Assembly: GCA_934131175.1 (NCBI GenBank)
Contig: CAKOZD010000004.1
Location: forward strand, 17,507 to 81,506
Reading direction: 5' to 3'
Origin: an uncultured Bacilli bacterium
GTDB taxonomy: Bacteria > Bacillota_I > Bacilli_A > RF39 > UBA660
DNA length: 64,000 bases
Shown: piece by piece, positions 1 through 10,114 of the stretch
How positions within the stretch are numbered: the first letter of the stretch is position 1
Layout of the letters: every line of letters starts with the position of its first letter
Notes under the pieces: generated by a model
Seen by the model: only the letters and a program-made list of their open reading frames with translations
Database searches by the model: none
What the model was told of the DNA's origin: nothing
Translations under genes and position numbers: made by a program

Positions 1-1697
1 CCTGTTAGAGATCCACCTACATTTACAACATCTCCATCTAGTGTTACTATTTTGTATCTTTGTTTAATCATACGAGATAATCTTGTTGCTGCATCTATGT
101 TTGTTGCGACTAACACTATTCCTAATTGATTTTTTATGACATTAGTAAATTCTTTATTATATCTTATTAAATCTGACATTACTCCTAAGAAGTCTGTACT
201 GTTTTTTAATATATTTAGAGTATCATAATCAACATATCTTTCTTTAATTACAGATAATGGGAAGAAGGTTGCTCTTCCTGAATGAGTATCTTTTAAATAA
301 GTTATTGCTTTTTTTGCAGATTCTTCATCTTTCGTGATTATAAAGTTTTTATTAGTAGATATTGCTGTGTTTAAGGCTTTAGTATATTCTTCATCTACTG
401 ATAAAACATTACCAATTGTGTTATATATACCAGTTAACTCACTATTTTTAAGAACTTTTCTTACACTATTTGGCATATCGCTACCTTGTTCTATTTCTAC
501 TTTTAAAGTATCTATTTTGTGTTTTGTAGAAATTAAGTCTTGATTGTGTTTAGAATAATCATTCGTTAACATATTCTTTTTCTGTTGAGCTGTTTTTAAT
601 TTTTTTTCTACTTCAAATGAGGCATTTTCTTTTATTGAAGACTCTTTTATAATACTTTTTAATTTTTCATCAGTTATAGTTATTTCTCCAGATAGTTTTT
701 CTCTTTCATTAATTAAAGTTCTTATATTTTCTTTTATCTCATCTTCTTCTTTTGTTGTTTTACTTCTCTCTTTTAAAAGATTTTTTTCACCCTCTATTCT
801 TGTTTTTTCTTCTGTTACTTTTAATAGTTCTCTTTGAAGAGCAGTTTTTTCTTGTTCTTTCTTTTCTAATCTATTATTGTCTTCTAAATACTTCGTATCA
901 TTTTTGCTTGCTTCTGTTGATAAAGTAAGAATTTCATTATCAAGTTTTTCTTTTTGTGTTTTAGAAGTTTCTAACTCATTATTAATATTTTCAATATCAT
1001 ATGCTAGAAGTGCTACTTCATATTTATCTAAACCTTTTTTATTTTCTAGATATTCTTCTGCTTTTTTACTTTGTTCTTTTAATGGACCGATTTGTAATTC
1101 AAGTTCATTAATTATATCATTTACTCTATCTAGGTTATTATGTGTTTTATCTAGTCGTCTTAAAGCTTCTTCTTTTCTTTTTTTATACTTTAAAATACCT
1201 GATGCTTCTTCAAAAATTACCCTTCTATCAGTTGATGAATTACTTAATATTTTATCTACTTCACCTTGAGAGATAATATTGAATGATTCTTTTCCCATAC
1301 CTGTATCCATAAGTAAATTATTAATATCTTTTAAACGACATTTTTCATTATTCAAATAATATTCATTTTCTCCACTTCTATATACTTTTCTTTTTATTGA
1401 TATTTCTGTATATGGAACATTTAAAAAATGATCACTATTATCAAATACTAATTCTACACTAGCAACATTTAAAGGATTTCTACTTTTACTACCAGAAAAT
1501 ATTACATCTGACATAGAGCCATCTCCGCGAAGAGACTTTACAGATTGTTCTCCTAGAACCCATCTAACAGCATCTACGACATTTGATTTTCCTGAACCAT
1601 TTGGACCTACAATACATGTTATTTTCCCGTCTAATTTTAATTCTATTTTATCTGCAAATGACTTGAATCCACTAGCAGTTATTCCTTTTAAGTACAT
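1..1697 (-). CDS. smc: Chromosome segregation protein SMC, N-terminal part. The gene continues beyond the window start.
   Basis: Minus-strand translation from the ATG at 1697 gives MYLKGITASGFKSFADKIELKLDGKITCIVGPNGSGKSNVVDAVRWVLGEQS, a Walker A/SMC N-terminus. Downstream sequence is E/K/L-rich coiled coil. The ORF runs off the window edge, so it is absent from the ORF track. Confidence 0.85.
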   Translation of the reverse strand, partial: MYLKGITASGFKSFADKIELKLDGKITCIVGPNGSGKSNVVDAVRWVLGEQSVKSLRGDGSMSDVIFSGSKSRNPLNVASVELVFDNSDHFLNVPYTEISIKRKVYRSGENEYYLNNEKCRLKDINNLLMDTGMGKESFNIISQGEVDKILSNSSTDRRVIFEEASGILKYKKRKEEALRRLDKTHNNLDRVNDIINELELQIGPLKEQSKKAEEYLENKKGLDKYEVALLAYDIENINNELETSKTQKEKLDNEILTLSTEASKNDTKYLEDNNRLEKKEQEKTALQRELLKVTEEKTRIEGEKNLLKERSKTTKEEDEIKENIRTLINEREKLSGEITITDEKLKSIIKESSIKENASFEVEKKLKTAQQKKNMLTNDYSKHNQDLISTKHKIDTLKVEIEQGSDMPNSVRKVLKNSELTGIYNTIGNVLSVDEEYTKALNTAISTNKNFIITKDEESAKKAITYLKDTHSGRATFFPLSVIKERYVDYDTLNILKNSTDFLGVMSDLIRYNKEFTNVIKNQLGIVLVATNIDAATRLSRMIKQRYKIVTLDGDVVNVGGSLT

Positions 1698-1766
1698 ATA
1701 CTTCACCCTTTTATGATTATACTATAAATTGGTATATTCAGCAAATAATTAATGTAACTAAAAACA

Positions 1767-1790
1767 AGAAAAAAGTGGCGTTTGCCACTT
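1767..1790 (-). terminator. Rho-independent terminator for the 1793..3055 gene
   Basis: GC-containing hairpin agtggcgtttgccact, followed on the minus strand by a U-tract (ttttttcttgttttt). Confidence 0.6.
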
Positions 1791-1792
1791 TC

Positions 1793-3055
1793 TTAATCAC
1801 TGATTTTTCTTATTAATGTTCCATCTTTTTTAGAATTCATAATAAAATAATTATTATCAAACTTAATATCATCATAATATGGTTTTATTATTTCTTTAGC
1901 TTGCAAATTAATAATTCCATATTTATTATTAGTATCTTCTATAATTAATAAATCTTTATCTGTACTAATTATTTTATTGTAAGTATTTCCTACTTTATTA
2001 TTTTTTAAATTTATTAAATTATATTTATTATTTTTTATGGATATATATAAATTATCTTTTACTTGTTCTAAATAATCATATTCAAATGGAATTATTATTT
2101 TATTTTTCTTATTAATTACTCCATATTTATTATTACTATTTACAATAGCATAACCTTTATCATTGAATTCTTCAGTTCCTTCATAATAAGAAAATGGAAT
2201 AATTGTTTCTTCTGATTCATTGATATAACCATATTTGTTTTCTAATGATATTGCTAAGACTAAGTTGTTTGATACTTCTGTTATTGCACTATATGAATTA
2301 TTAAATGTAATTATTTTCTTATTTTTTAAATTATAAATAGAAAATTTGTTGTCTTGTGTTAGATATACTATTTGATTATTACTTAATTTTATTAATTCCT
2401 TTGGTTGAATATTTACTTCTTGTAAGTTGTTTTTATTAGATAAATAATATGTTTTTTCTATACTATCTTTTTCTATTAAATATATATATTCTTTACTATC
2501 TTCACTTGCTATATTTAATTTTATATTTATATTTTGCATAGAACTATTGTCTTTAAAGTTGTATAAAAAAGTTTGTTCCTCTTTTGTTAATTTAAGATAG
2601 TTTGTATTTTTTATTATCTCTATATCATCTATATTATCAATAATTGTTTTTTTGGTATTTATATCAATGATACTATATTTATTTTCATTATAAGTTATTA
2701 CTTTATTATTGTTTAATATTATTACATCTGTATACTTTGCTTTTAAAACTACTTTACCATTCTTATCAATAAGACCTATTTTATCTTTTTTGTTATATGG
2801 AGCATAGTTATTATTATAGATATATTTTTCAAATGGAATTGATGTGTTTTTTTCATATTTCAATTCATACTCATTGGTACTAATATTTAAATAACCTATT
2901 TTTTTATTATCTGTTATTGCTACCATATCGTCATTTATAGAACCAACATTGTATTTAATATAGGATAATTGCTTATTATTACTTTCATACATAATAATTC
3001 CTGTTATTAATAAGATAATACCTATTACTACCAATATTATTACTTTTTTTCTCAT
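1793..3055 (-). CDS. Membrane-anchored WG/KWG-type repeat protein
   Basis: N-terminal TM helix, then many repeats of the KYG(x)IN...IIPFEYD type, which matches the WG-containing repeat family. Confidence 0.55.
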   Translation of the reverse strand: MRKKVIILVVIGIILLITGIIMYESNNKQLSYIKYNVGSINDDMVAITDNKKIGYLNISTNEYELKYEKNTSIPFEKYIYNNNYAPYNKKDKIGLIDKNGKVVLKAKYTDVIILNNNKVITYNENKYSIIDINTKKTIIDNIDDIEIIKNTNYLKLTKEEQTFLYNFKDNSSMQNINIKLNIASEDSKEYIYLIEKDSIEKTYYLSNKNNLQEVNIQPKELIKLSNNQIVYLTQDNKFSIYNLKNKKIITFNNSYSAITEVSNNLVLAISLENKYGYINESEETIIPFSYYEGTEEFNDKGYAIVNSNNKYGVINKKNKIIIPFEYDYLEQVKDNLYISIKNNKYNLINLKNNKVGNTYNKIISTDKDLLIIEDTNNKYGIINLQAKEIIKPYYDDIKFDNNYFIMNSKKDGTLIRKISD

Positions 3056-3067
3056 ATATTGTCCTTT

Positions 3068-5401
3068 CTATTTTTTTACTTGGAATAAGTCTACCATATA
3101 TCCTGTTGTTTGAATTCTCCACATAGGACTTCCACCTGATTTAACAATAATTCTATAGTTTCCTGCAGGCCAATTTTTTACATCTACTGTTGTATTGAAA
3201 CTTGCAAAATGTGCTCCTGCACCTGCATAGCCTTGATTAGCAATACTAAACGATGATAACTTCTTTTTACAAGTATTAGATGAGTTAGCAATACATACAG
3301 TTCTTGCTGCATCACTTGCATTCCATGTAATGTAAAAACTATTGTTTACAAGGTATCCTTGAACCTTTACACTCGTTCCACTTACTGCTACACTTGTAAC
3401 ATTTAATGCATTGTATTGTCCTCCTACACATTGAGATCTTGTTGGTTTATTCTGATCTTCTGGACAAATATATGCTGATTTATTTAATACTTTTACTGAG
3501 ACACAGCTTTGTGTATTACATTTTTGACTTTGACTTTCTGTTTTTCTATCACATTCAATACTTGAGTCATATGCTGATTTATATACAACTGTTCTTGTTT
3601 GAGATTGACTTCCGCTACCACATGTTTTACTACATTTTGACCAACTACTCCATGCTCCTGGAGACGCAGTAGTTTTTGAACAGCAACCCATTGTGTTACA
3701 TGATTGATTTTCTGTTTCTGTTTTTCTATTGCATTCAATATTTGAGTTATATGCTGATTTATATATAACTGTTCTTGAGTGTGATTGAGTTCCTCCACCA
3801 CATGATTTACTACATGTTGACCAACCACTCCATGCTTGAGGTTCCTTATTAGTTTTTGAACAGCATCCCATTGTGTTACATGCTTGAGTTTCATTTTCTG
3901 TTTCTCTTTTACATTCTATACTTGAATCATATGCTGATTTATATATAACTGTTCTTGATCTTGATTGACTTCCTCCACCACATGATGCACTACATGTTGA
4001 CCAACCAACCCATGATTGAGGTTCTTTATCAGTTTTTGAACAACATTCCATTGTATTACATGTTTCTTGTTTTTTAATAGTATCACTACATTTAACACCA
4101 GTATATTTATCTTTTTTACCATATGTGTCTAGTCTAGTTCCTCCACCACATTTCTTTGAACATGTACCTTTTTCCTTTAAATTGCTTGAATCTAATATTG
4201 AAGTAGAACATTCTTTATATAATGTATAATCTACTGTTTTTGATGTTACGTTACCAGCATTATCTTTTACATAAACATATACTGTTTTTTTACTTCCATC
4301 ATACTTTCCACCTGGAAGAGTTATATCATAACTTGAAGCATACGCTTTATAATCATTTGACGAACAACTACTTGTATTTGTTTTTATGCAAACTTTTACA
4401 TCATTTTGTGAAGATAACATATTGTTATCTGTTGCATTTATATTAACTTTTGCTTTTAAAGTGTTATATGACTGGTTTGTTGAAGAAACACTTAATGAGT
4501 TTATTACTGGAGGTAAATTATCTATTTTATATGATCCAAATGTAACTGTTTTATTTAAATCTGTAATTAAATTTGTACCAGTAATATCCATTGCATTATT
4601 AATTTTTACTAATAATTTATAACTTCCTGTTTCTTTGTCTGGAGTTAATATTTCACTTGATTTTAAAGTGATTGTTTGTCCATTTAGAATTTGTTCTTCT
4701 TGTTTTGATGATGACATACTTCTAAATGTTGCATCTTGCCATACATCTTTTGATGAATCAGTTCCTTCTTTATGCCAAGCATAACTTACTTGTACTCCAT
4801 TATTTATTCCTGTAAAACTTTCTAGAATAATGTTTAATGCATACTTTTTCTTATCAGTTTTTTCATATTTTTCATAAGGACTTACTTTAACAGATAATTT
4901 AGTTACGGCATCATATGAACATGTTTCATTTCTTGGTACTCCACTTTCTGGATATAATACATTTACTTTACTACTAGCAATTTTTTCATTACCACTAGAA
5001 TTACCACAACCAATTTGTGTTGCGTATGTATACTTTCCATTTAATTTTACAACTCTTACATATGTCTTATCAGAATCACATGAAACATTGTTTTCTTGGA
5101 TGTTTTTTATTAAATTTTTATCTTTCATTTGATCATATGTAATATAAGCACAGCCAGATTTATTTTTACCAAACAAATCTTCTGAATAAGAATCTACATA
5201 AAGTTTAGCACTACTTTCAACAGAATCTTTATATGTTGTATATTTTTTTAGAGTATTTGCTTCTATTATATTTCTAATAACTGGTATAGACATTGCTGTA
5301 ATAAGGCCTAAAATAGAAATAGTTACTAGTAATTCAACTAATGTAAATCCTTTTGCTTTTTTTCTTTTTTTGGTTTTTTTACCATTTCTTGATTTATTCA
5401 C
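3068..5401 (-). CDS. Type IV prepilin-like N-terminal protein carrying 3.5 thrombospondin type-1 (TSP1)-like repeats
   Basis: N-terminus KGFTLVELLVTISILGLITAMSIPVI is a class III prepilin cleavage/methylation motif. Residues about 413-632 hold 3.5 tandem repeats of about 64 aa containing WSGWSTCSKSCGGGTQS...RTV, matching the TSP1 W-S-x-W-S-x-C-S-x-[ST]-C-G-x-G core. Confidence 0.6.
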   Translation of the reverse strand: MNKSRNGKKTKKRKKAKGFTLVELLVTISILGLITAMSIPVIRNIIEANTLKKYTTYKDSVESSAKLYVDSYSEDLFGKNKSGCAYITYDQMKDKNLIKNIQENNVSCDSDKTYVRVVKLNGKYTYATQIGCGNSSGNEKIASSKVNVLYPESGVPRNETCSYDAVTKLSVKVSPYEKYEKTDKKKYALNIILESFTGINNGVQVSYAWHKEGTDSSKDVWQDATFRSMSSSKQEEQILNGQTITLKSSEILTPDKETGSYKLLVKINNAMDITGTNLITDLNKTVTFGSYKIDNLPPVINSLSVSSTNQSYNTLKAKVNINATDNNMLSSQNDVKVCIKTNTSSCSSNDYKAYASSYDITLPGGKYDGSKKTVYVYVKDNAGNVTSKTVDYTLYKECSTSILDSSNLKEKGTCSKKCGGGTRLDTYGKKDKYTGVKCSDTIKKQETCNTMECCSKTDKEPQSWVGWSTCSASCGGGSQSRSRTVIYKSAYDSSIECKRETENETQACNTMGCCSKTNKEPQAWSGWSTCSKSCGGGTQSHSRTVIYKSAYNSNIECNRKTETENQSCNTMGCCSKTTASPGAWSSWSKCSKTCGSGSQSQTRTVVYKSAYDSSIECDRKTESQSQKCNTQSCVSVKVLNKSAYICPEDQNKPTRSQCVGGQYNALNVTSVAVSGTSVKVQGYLVNNSFYITWNASDAARTVCIANSSNTCKKKLSSFSIANQGYAGAGAHFASFNTTVDVKNWPAGNYRIIVKSGGSPMWRIQTTGYMVDLFQVKK
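3506..4165 (-). repeat. Three tandem repeats of about 192 bp (plus a half copy) encoding the TSP1-like modules
   Basis: Near-identical nucleotide and protein repeats, CNTM(G/E)CCSKT...WSGWSTCSKSCGGG...IECxRKTE. The repeats also generate spurious antisense ORFs. Confidence 0.8.
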
Positions 5402-5451
5402 AAATCCTATCTCCTTTCTACTATTATCATTGTAATTTTACTACAAAATAT

Positions 5452-5478
5452 AAAAAAAAGAAAGATTGCACTTTCTTT
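5452..5478 (-). terminator. Rho-independent terminator downstream of polC
   Basis: Hairpin aagaaag-attgca-ctttctt, followed on the minus strand by tttttttt. Confidence 0.55.
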
Positions 5479-8400
5479 AAAATAACGATAATTGGTTAGA
5501 CTCAGGTAATCCTTCTAATATTCCCATATCTTTCATTTTTTCTATTAATGTTTGTGATACTTTTGCTCTTTTTTGAACATCTTCAATACTTATGAATTTA
5601 CCTTTTTCTCTTTCTGCAACTATGTTTTTTGCAACTGTATCTCCAAGACCTTCAATGGCATTGAATGGAGGATATATTTCATTATCTCCTTTTGCTACCC
5701 AAACTGTTGCATCACTATTATATAAATCAACATTTAAGAATTTTATTCCTCTTGCAGTTGCTTCTAAGGCTACCTTTAGACTTTCAGCTTGTCCATTTTC
5801 TTTATTTGTTGCTTCATAACCTTTACTTTGAATGTCTTCTATTCTTGCTTTTATTGATTGGTATCCTTTTATCATGTTTTCTACATCAACATCTGTTGCT
5901 TTTGATGTATACCAAGATGAATAGAAATATACTGGCATGTGTACTTTGTACCAGGCAATTCTAAAGGCACTTATTACATATGCTGCAGCATGGGCTTTTG
6001 GGAACATGTATTTAATCTTTTGGCATGAACCTATAAACCACTCTGGAATGTTTGCTTCTTGCATTGTTTTTACATGTTCTTTCCAAGTTTCTGGGTCTTT
6101 TGAGGCTTTTCCTTTACGTACAAACTCCATTATCTTGAAGGCTTTTATTGGCTTTACGCCGTTATACATAAGATATACCATGATATCATCACGACAGCCT
6201 ATAGTATCTTTAAATGGAACTATGTTATTAGCAATAAGTTCTTGTGCGTTTCCTAACCAAACATCAGTACCATGAGATAGTCCTGATATTTTTATTAATT
6301 CGGCAAATGTTGTTGGTTTTGTGTCTTCTACTAATTTTATTGTAAATGGAGTACCAAACTCTGGTATACCTAATGTACCTGTGTTACACATAATTTGCTC
6401 TTTTGTAACACCTAAGGCTTCTGTTGATGTAAATATTGACATTGTTGCTTTATCATCTAGTGGTACTTTTAAAATATCAGTACCTGATTGTAATTGAATA
6501 AGTCTTAATTGTGTTGGGTCACTGTGACCTAGAATATCAAGTTTTAATAAACACTGATCAATTGAGTGATAATCAAAGTGGGTTGTTCTCCACTCTGCTG
6601 TTGGGTCTTCTGCTGGAAATTGGAAAGGTGTGAAATCAAACACTTCCATGTAGTCTGGCACAACAACAATTCCTCCTGGATGTTGTCCTGTTGTTCTTTT
6701 AACTCCAGTACATCCCATAGCAAGTCTTTCAACTTCTGCTGTTCTCATATCACCTAATTCTTTGTCTTCACAATATCCTTTAACAAATCCAAATGCTGTT
6801 TTTTCAGCAACTGTACCGATTGTTCCTGCTCTATATACATTGTCTTCTCCAAATAAAACTTTAGTGTAAGCATGAGCACTTGCTTGATTTAAATCTGAGA
6901 AGTTAAGGTCGATATCTGGAACTTTGTCAGCATTAAATCCTAGGAATGTTGCGAATGGCATGTCTTGACCATCTTTTAGCATTGGAATGTGGCAGTTTGG
7001 ACATTCTTTATCTGGTAAATCGAATCCAGATGAATATGTTGCTCCTAAAGCATTTCCCTCGTCATCCTCAAATATACTCAATTTACATTTTTCACATCTA
7101 TAATGAGCAGCTAAAGGATTAACCTCAGTTATTCCCATCATTGTTGCGACAAATGATGAACCTACAGAACCACGCGAACCAACTAAGAATCCTTCATCAT
7201 TTGAGTGCTTTACAAGTCTTTGAGCGATTAAGTAGATTGGGTCGAATCCTCCACCTATTACTCCACCTAATGTTTTCTTTACTTTTTTTTCTAATGCTTT
7301 ATCGTCTAATTCTTCTTCTGATGTTTTCTTTACATAGTCTGTAACTATTTTTTTTATGTTTATTGAGCCTTTTAATATTTCATCATGTAATTCTTTATGG
7401 ATAATTTTTTCATATTCTTCTTTATTATCTTCAATATCTTCATGACGTTCTTTAATTATTTTAAATACAATATCACCATAAAGTTCTGTTGCGATACGTT
7501 CTTCTATCATATATGGAAGTGGTTCTCCATACCAATCTTTAGCTTTTGTATATACAAGATCTGTTACTACTACTGGACAGTCTAAATAACTTTTTCCATC
7601 ATCACTTTTTACTCTTGGTGAGAATGGAATTCCACCAGTATCTATAATTACTTCAACTATATCACACATATCTGCAATCTTATTTGTATTTTTAACTACT
7701 ATTTCATAGGCTTTATCTTCTCCTAAGAATTTAAAGTCTTCTAACATTTCGTTTGTAGTTCTAAAATGATTGCTTGGAATTTCTTTAATACCATTTCTTG
7801 CTAACGGATGACGTCCACCGCCTGGTACTTTTTGATTAACTATAATTTCTCTATAAATTTTGTCTTCTCTTTTTAAATGATGAACATCTCCTGTTGCAAC
7901 TATTATTTTTCCTGCCTCTTCTGTAACTCTAACTACTTTTTCTATGTTTGCAGCAAGTTCTACTTTTGTTGCAAAGTCTCCTGTTTGAATCATGTGGTCA
8001 TAGCACTCCATTGGTTGTACTTCAACATAATCATAGAATCTTATAATATTTGATAATTCATCATCACTTTTTGATTTTGCTTGAGTAAACACTTCACTTT
8101 CGTAGCATCCACTACCAACTAATAAACCTTCTCTGTGTTCATTTACAACACTTCTTAAAATTCTTGGTGTTTTATATAAATATGTAGTGTTTGCAAGAGA
8201 TACTAACTTAAATAGATTTTTTAGGCCTGTTTTATTTTTTACTAGTAAGTTTATGTGATGAGCACGACCATATTTATGTATTTCTTCTTTACTTACTAGT
8301 TTATCTAAGTCTGTCATTATATCAATATTACGATTAGATAATTTCTTTAACATTTTATAAAATACTAGGGCTGTTCCTTCTGCATCATAGTCACCTCTAT

Positions 8401-10093
8401 GGTGAGCATTTTCATCCCATGGTACTTCATATCTTTTTACTAAGGCACTTAATGAGTGTCTTGCATAAGTATTATCTAAAGTTCTTGATAGTTCTAATGT
8501 GTCTATTACTGGGTTTGTAAATGTTCCAAAGTTATATTTTCTATAAGCCATTTCTAGGAAAGATACATCAAACTTAGCATTATGAGCAACCATTGGACAG
8601 TCTCCAAACCATTCAATAAATCTTCTTACTGCATTTTCTTCGTTATCTTTTCCTTCTAGCATAGCATCAGTTATATTTGTAACATCTATGATTTTTTGCG
8701 GAAGTGGTCTTCCTGGATTTATTAATTCATCATATTTTTCAATTATCATACCGTCTTTTATTTTTACTGCACCGATTTCAATAATTGAGTCAAATCCACC
8801 AGCATTGAATCCTGTTGTTTCAAAATCGAATACAACGTAAGTTTGATCTAGCATAACTTTATCGTTTGGTCGTGTTACTATATCAACGTTGTCATCTATC
8901 ATTAAAAGTTCACAACCATAAATAGCTTTAAATGGTTCTTCTCCTTCTTTTAGATGTTTATTATAATCTGTTACCATACTAAAGACATGTGGGAACCCTT
9001 GTACTCCATTATGATCTGTTATAGCAACTGCTTTCATACCAAACTTCATTGCTTGTTTTACAACATCTGTTTCATCTATTACACCATCCATTTGACTCAT
9101 CTTTGTATGACAGTGTAGTTCGACTCTTTTTTCTTCAGCTGTATCTTTTACAGTCTCTTCTGTTTTTTCTATTTTAATAATGTCTCTGGCATTTAAGACA
9201 AGTTCTTTTGCAAATTGATCATTTTTTGTATAACCTCTTATCTTATACCAATTACCACTTTTTAGTTCTTTACAAAGTCTTTTATATTCTTCATCATCTC
9301 TTACAAACACTTTACAATATATACTGTCTGAAAAGTCTGTTATTTTTAAAGTGATTATTTTAAAATCCGTTTTTGATGATTCAAAGTAATCGGTTCCAAA
9401 AACTTTAGCCTCTACTACAACATTGTTGTCTTCACCAATTAATGTTTTTATCTTTATTGGGTCTTCTTTTATACCTCTTCCAATTATGCTATTTGGGTCT
9501 TTTGCTTCTCTTCTAAATTGCTTTTTTTCAGGTTGTTGTTGCTCTTCTTTTTTTTGTGGTTGCTCATACTTTGGCATTTCTATATTATTTAAATCTTTTT
9601 GTATTTCTTCTAATATATTTTCTTCATGTCTTACTATAACATCTATATTAAAGTTATAACTTTGCTTTTTATAAAAGTTCATTACTTTATCTAAAACACT
9701 TAAAAGTCTTTCTTTTTCTACTTCGTTTGCTGCGACTAGCACTAGAAAATCATCTTCTATTTTCATAGCATCTTCATATATTTCAAGTACTTTTAAATCA
9801 TCTTTTAATGTTTTTAATAAGTATTTATAATAACTTAAGTAAGTGTCAATATTAGGACTTTTTATATTAAATATTATTTCTATTCTTGATGCAGACTCAT
9901 CTAATAACATTTTTTTAGATTCTAATTCTTCTAGTATTTCTACTGGTAGTAATTCATCTTTATCAATAAAAATATTCCAACTATTAGTTTTAGAATTTAC
10001 TTTTATTTTAGTAATTTTAGAATCATTAAAATATTGATAAGAAGTCTCATCAATATTTATTTTATCTAATAATATTTTTATTTTATCATCCAT
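5477..10093 (-). CDS. polC: DNA polymerase III PolC-type (Gram-positive replicative polymerase with 3'-5' exonuclease)
   Basis: 1538 aa with PolC architecture. An exonuclease block (VVFDFETTGFN...) sits inside the polymerase, PHP and polymerase motifs are present, and the C-terminal region is conserved. Confidence 0.95.
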   Translation of the reverse strand: MDDKIKILLDKINIDETSYQYFNDSKITKIKVNSKTNSWNIFIDKDELLPVEILEELESKKMLLDESASRIEIIFNIKSPNIDTYLSYYKYLLKTLKDDLKVLEIYEDAMKIEDDFLVLVAANEVEKERLLSVLDKVMNFYKKQSYNFNIDVIVRHEENILEEIQKDLNNIEMPKYEQPQKKEEQQQPEKKQFRREAKDPNSIIGRGIKEDPIKIKTLIGEDNNVVVEAKVFGTDYFESSKTDFKIITLKITDFSDSIYCKVFVRDDEEYKRLCKELKSGNWYKIRGYTKNDQFAKELVLNARDIIKIEKTEETVKDTAEEKRVELHCHTKMSQMDGVIDETDVVKQAMKFGMKAVAITDHNGVQGFPHVFSMVTDYNKHLKEGEEPFKAIYGCELLMIDDNVDIVTRPNDKVMLDQTYVVFDFETTGFNAGGFDSIIEIGAVKIKDGMIIEKYDELINPGRPLPQKIIDVTNITDAMLEGKDNEENAVRRFIEWFGDCPMVAHNAKFDVSFLEMAYRKYNFGTFTNPVIDTLELSRTLDNTYARHSLSALVKRYEVPWDENAHHRGDYDAEGTALVFYKMLKKLSNRNIDIMTDLDKLVSKEEIHKYGRAHHINLLVKNKTGLKNLFKLVSLANTTYLYKTPRILRSVVNEHREGLLVGSGCYESEVFTQAKSKSDDELSNIIRFYDYVEVQPMECYDHMIQTGDFATKVELAANIEKVVRVTEEAGKIIVATGDVHHLKREDKIYREIIVNQKVPGGGRHPLARNGIKEIPSNHFRTTNEMLEDFKFLGEDKAYEIVVKNTNKIADMCDIVEVIIDTGGIPFSPRVKSDDGKSYLDCPVVVTDLVYTKAKDWYGEPLPYMIEERIATELYGDIVFKIIKERHEDIEDNKEEYEKIIHKELHDEILKGSINIKKIVTDYVKKTSEEELDDKALEKKVKKTLGGVIGGGFDPIYLIAQRLVKHSNDEGFLVGSRGSVGSSFVATMMGITEVNPLAAHYRCEKCKLSIFEDDEGNALGATYSSGFDLPDKECPNCHIPMLKDGQDMPFATFLGFNADKVPDIDLNFSDLNQASAHAYTKVLFGEDNVYRAGTIGTVAEKTAFGFVKGYCEDKELGDMRTAEVERLAMGCTGVKRTTGQHPGGIVVVPDYMEVFDFTPFQFPAEDPTAEWRTTHFDYHSIDQCLLKLDILGHSDPTQLRLIQLQSGTDILKVPLDDKATMSIFTSTEALGVTKEQIMCNTGTLGIPEFGTPFTIKLVEDTKPTTFAELIKISGLSHGTDVWLGNAQELIANNIVPFKDTIGCRDDIMVYLMYNGVKPIKAFKIMEFVRKGKASKDPETWKEHVKTMQEANIPEWFIGSCQKIKYMFPKAHAAAYVISAFRIAWYKVHMPVYFYSSWYTSKATDVDVENMIKGYQSIKARIEDIQSKGYEATNKENGQAESLKVALEATARGIKFLNVDLYNSDATVWVAKGDNEIYPPFNAIEGLGDTVAKNIVAEREKGKFISIEDVQKRAKVSQTLIEKMKDMGILEGLPESNQLSLF

Positions 10094-10114
10094 AATTATC
10101 CCCCTTGCTTAATT

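Noticed and set aside
877-1269. Plus-strand 130-aa ORF
   Set aside because: Antisense to the SMC coiled-coil region. Its S/L/F-rich composition is an artefact of reading E/K/L codons in reverse.
3406-4122. Track ORFs 3406..3672(+), 3493..3894(-) and 3916..4122(-) inside the TSP1-repeat gene
   Set aside because: They lie in alternative frames, antisense or overlapping the 777-aa gene. Their internal repetition (for example KLKHVTQWDAVQKL repeated) merely reflects the 192-bp DNA repeats. No RBS and no independent support.
5592-9659. Several plus-strand ORFs (62-112 aa) within polC
   Set aside because: They are antisense to a highly conserved 1538-aa gene. Their composition is low-complexity (L/F/I-rich), typical of AT-rich antisense frames.
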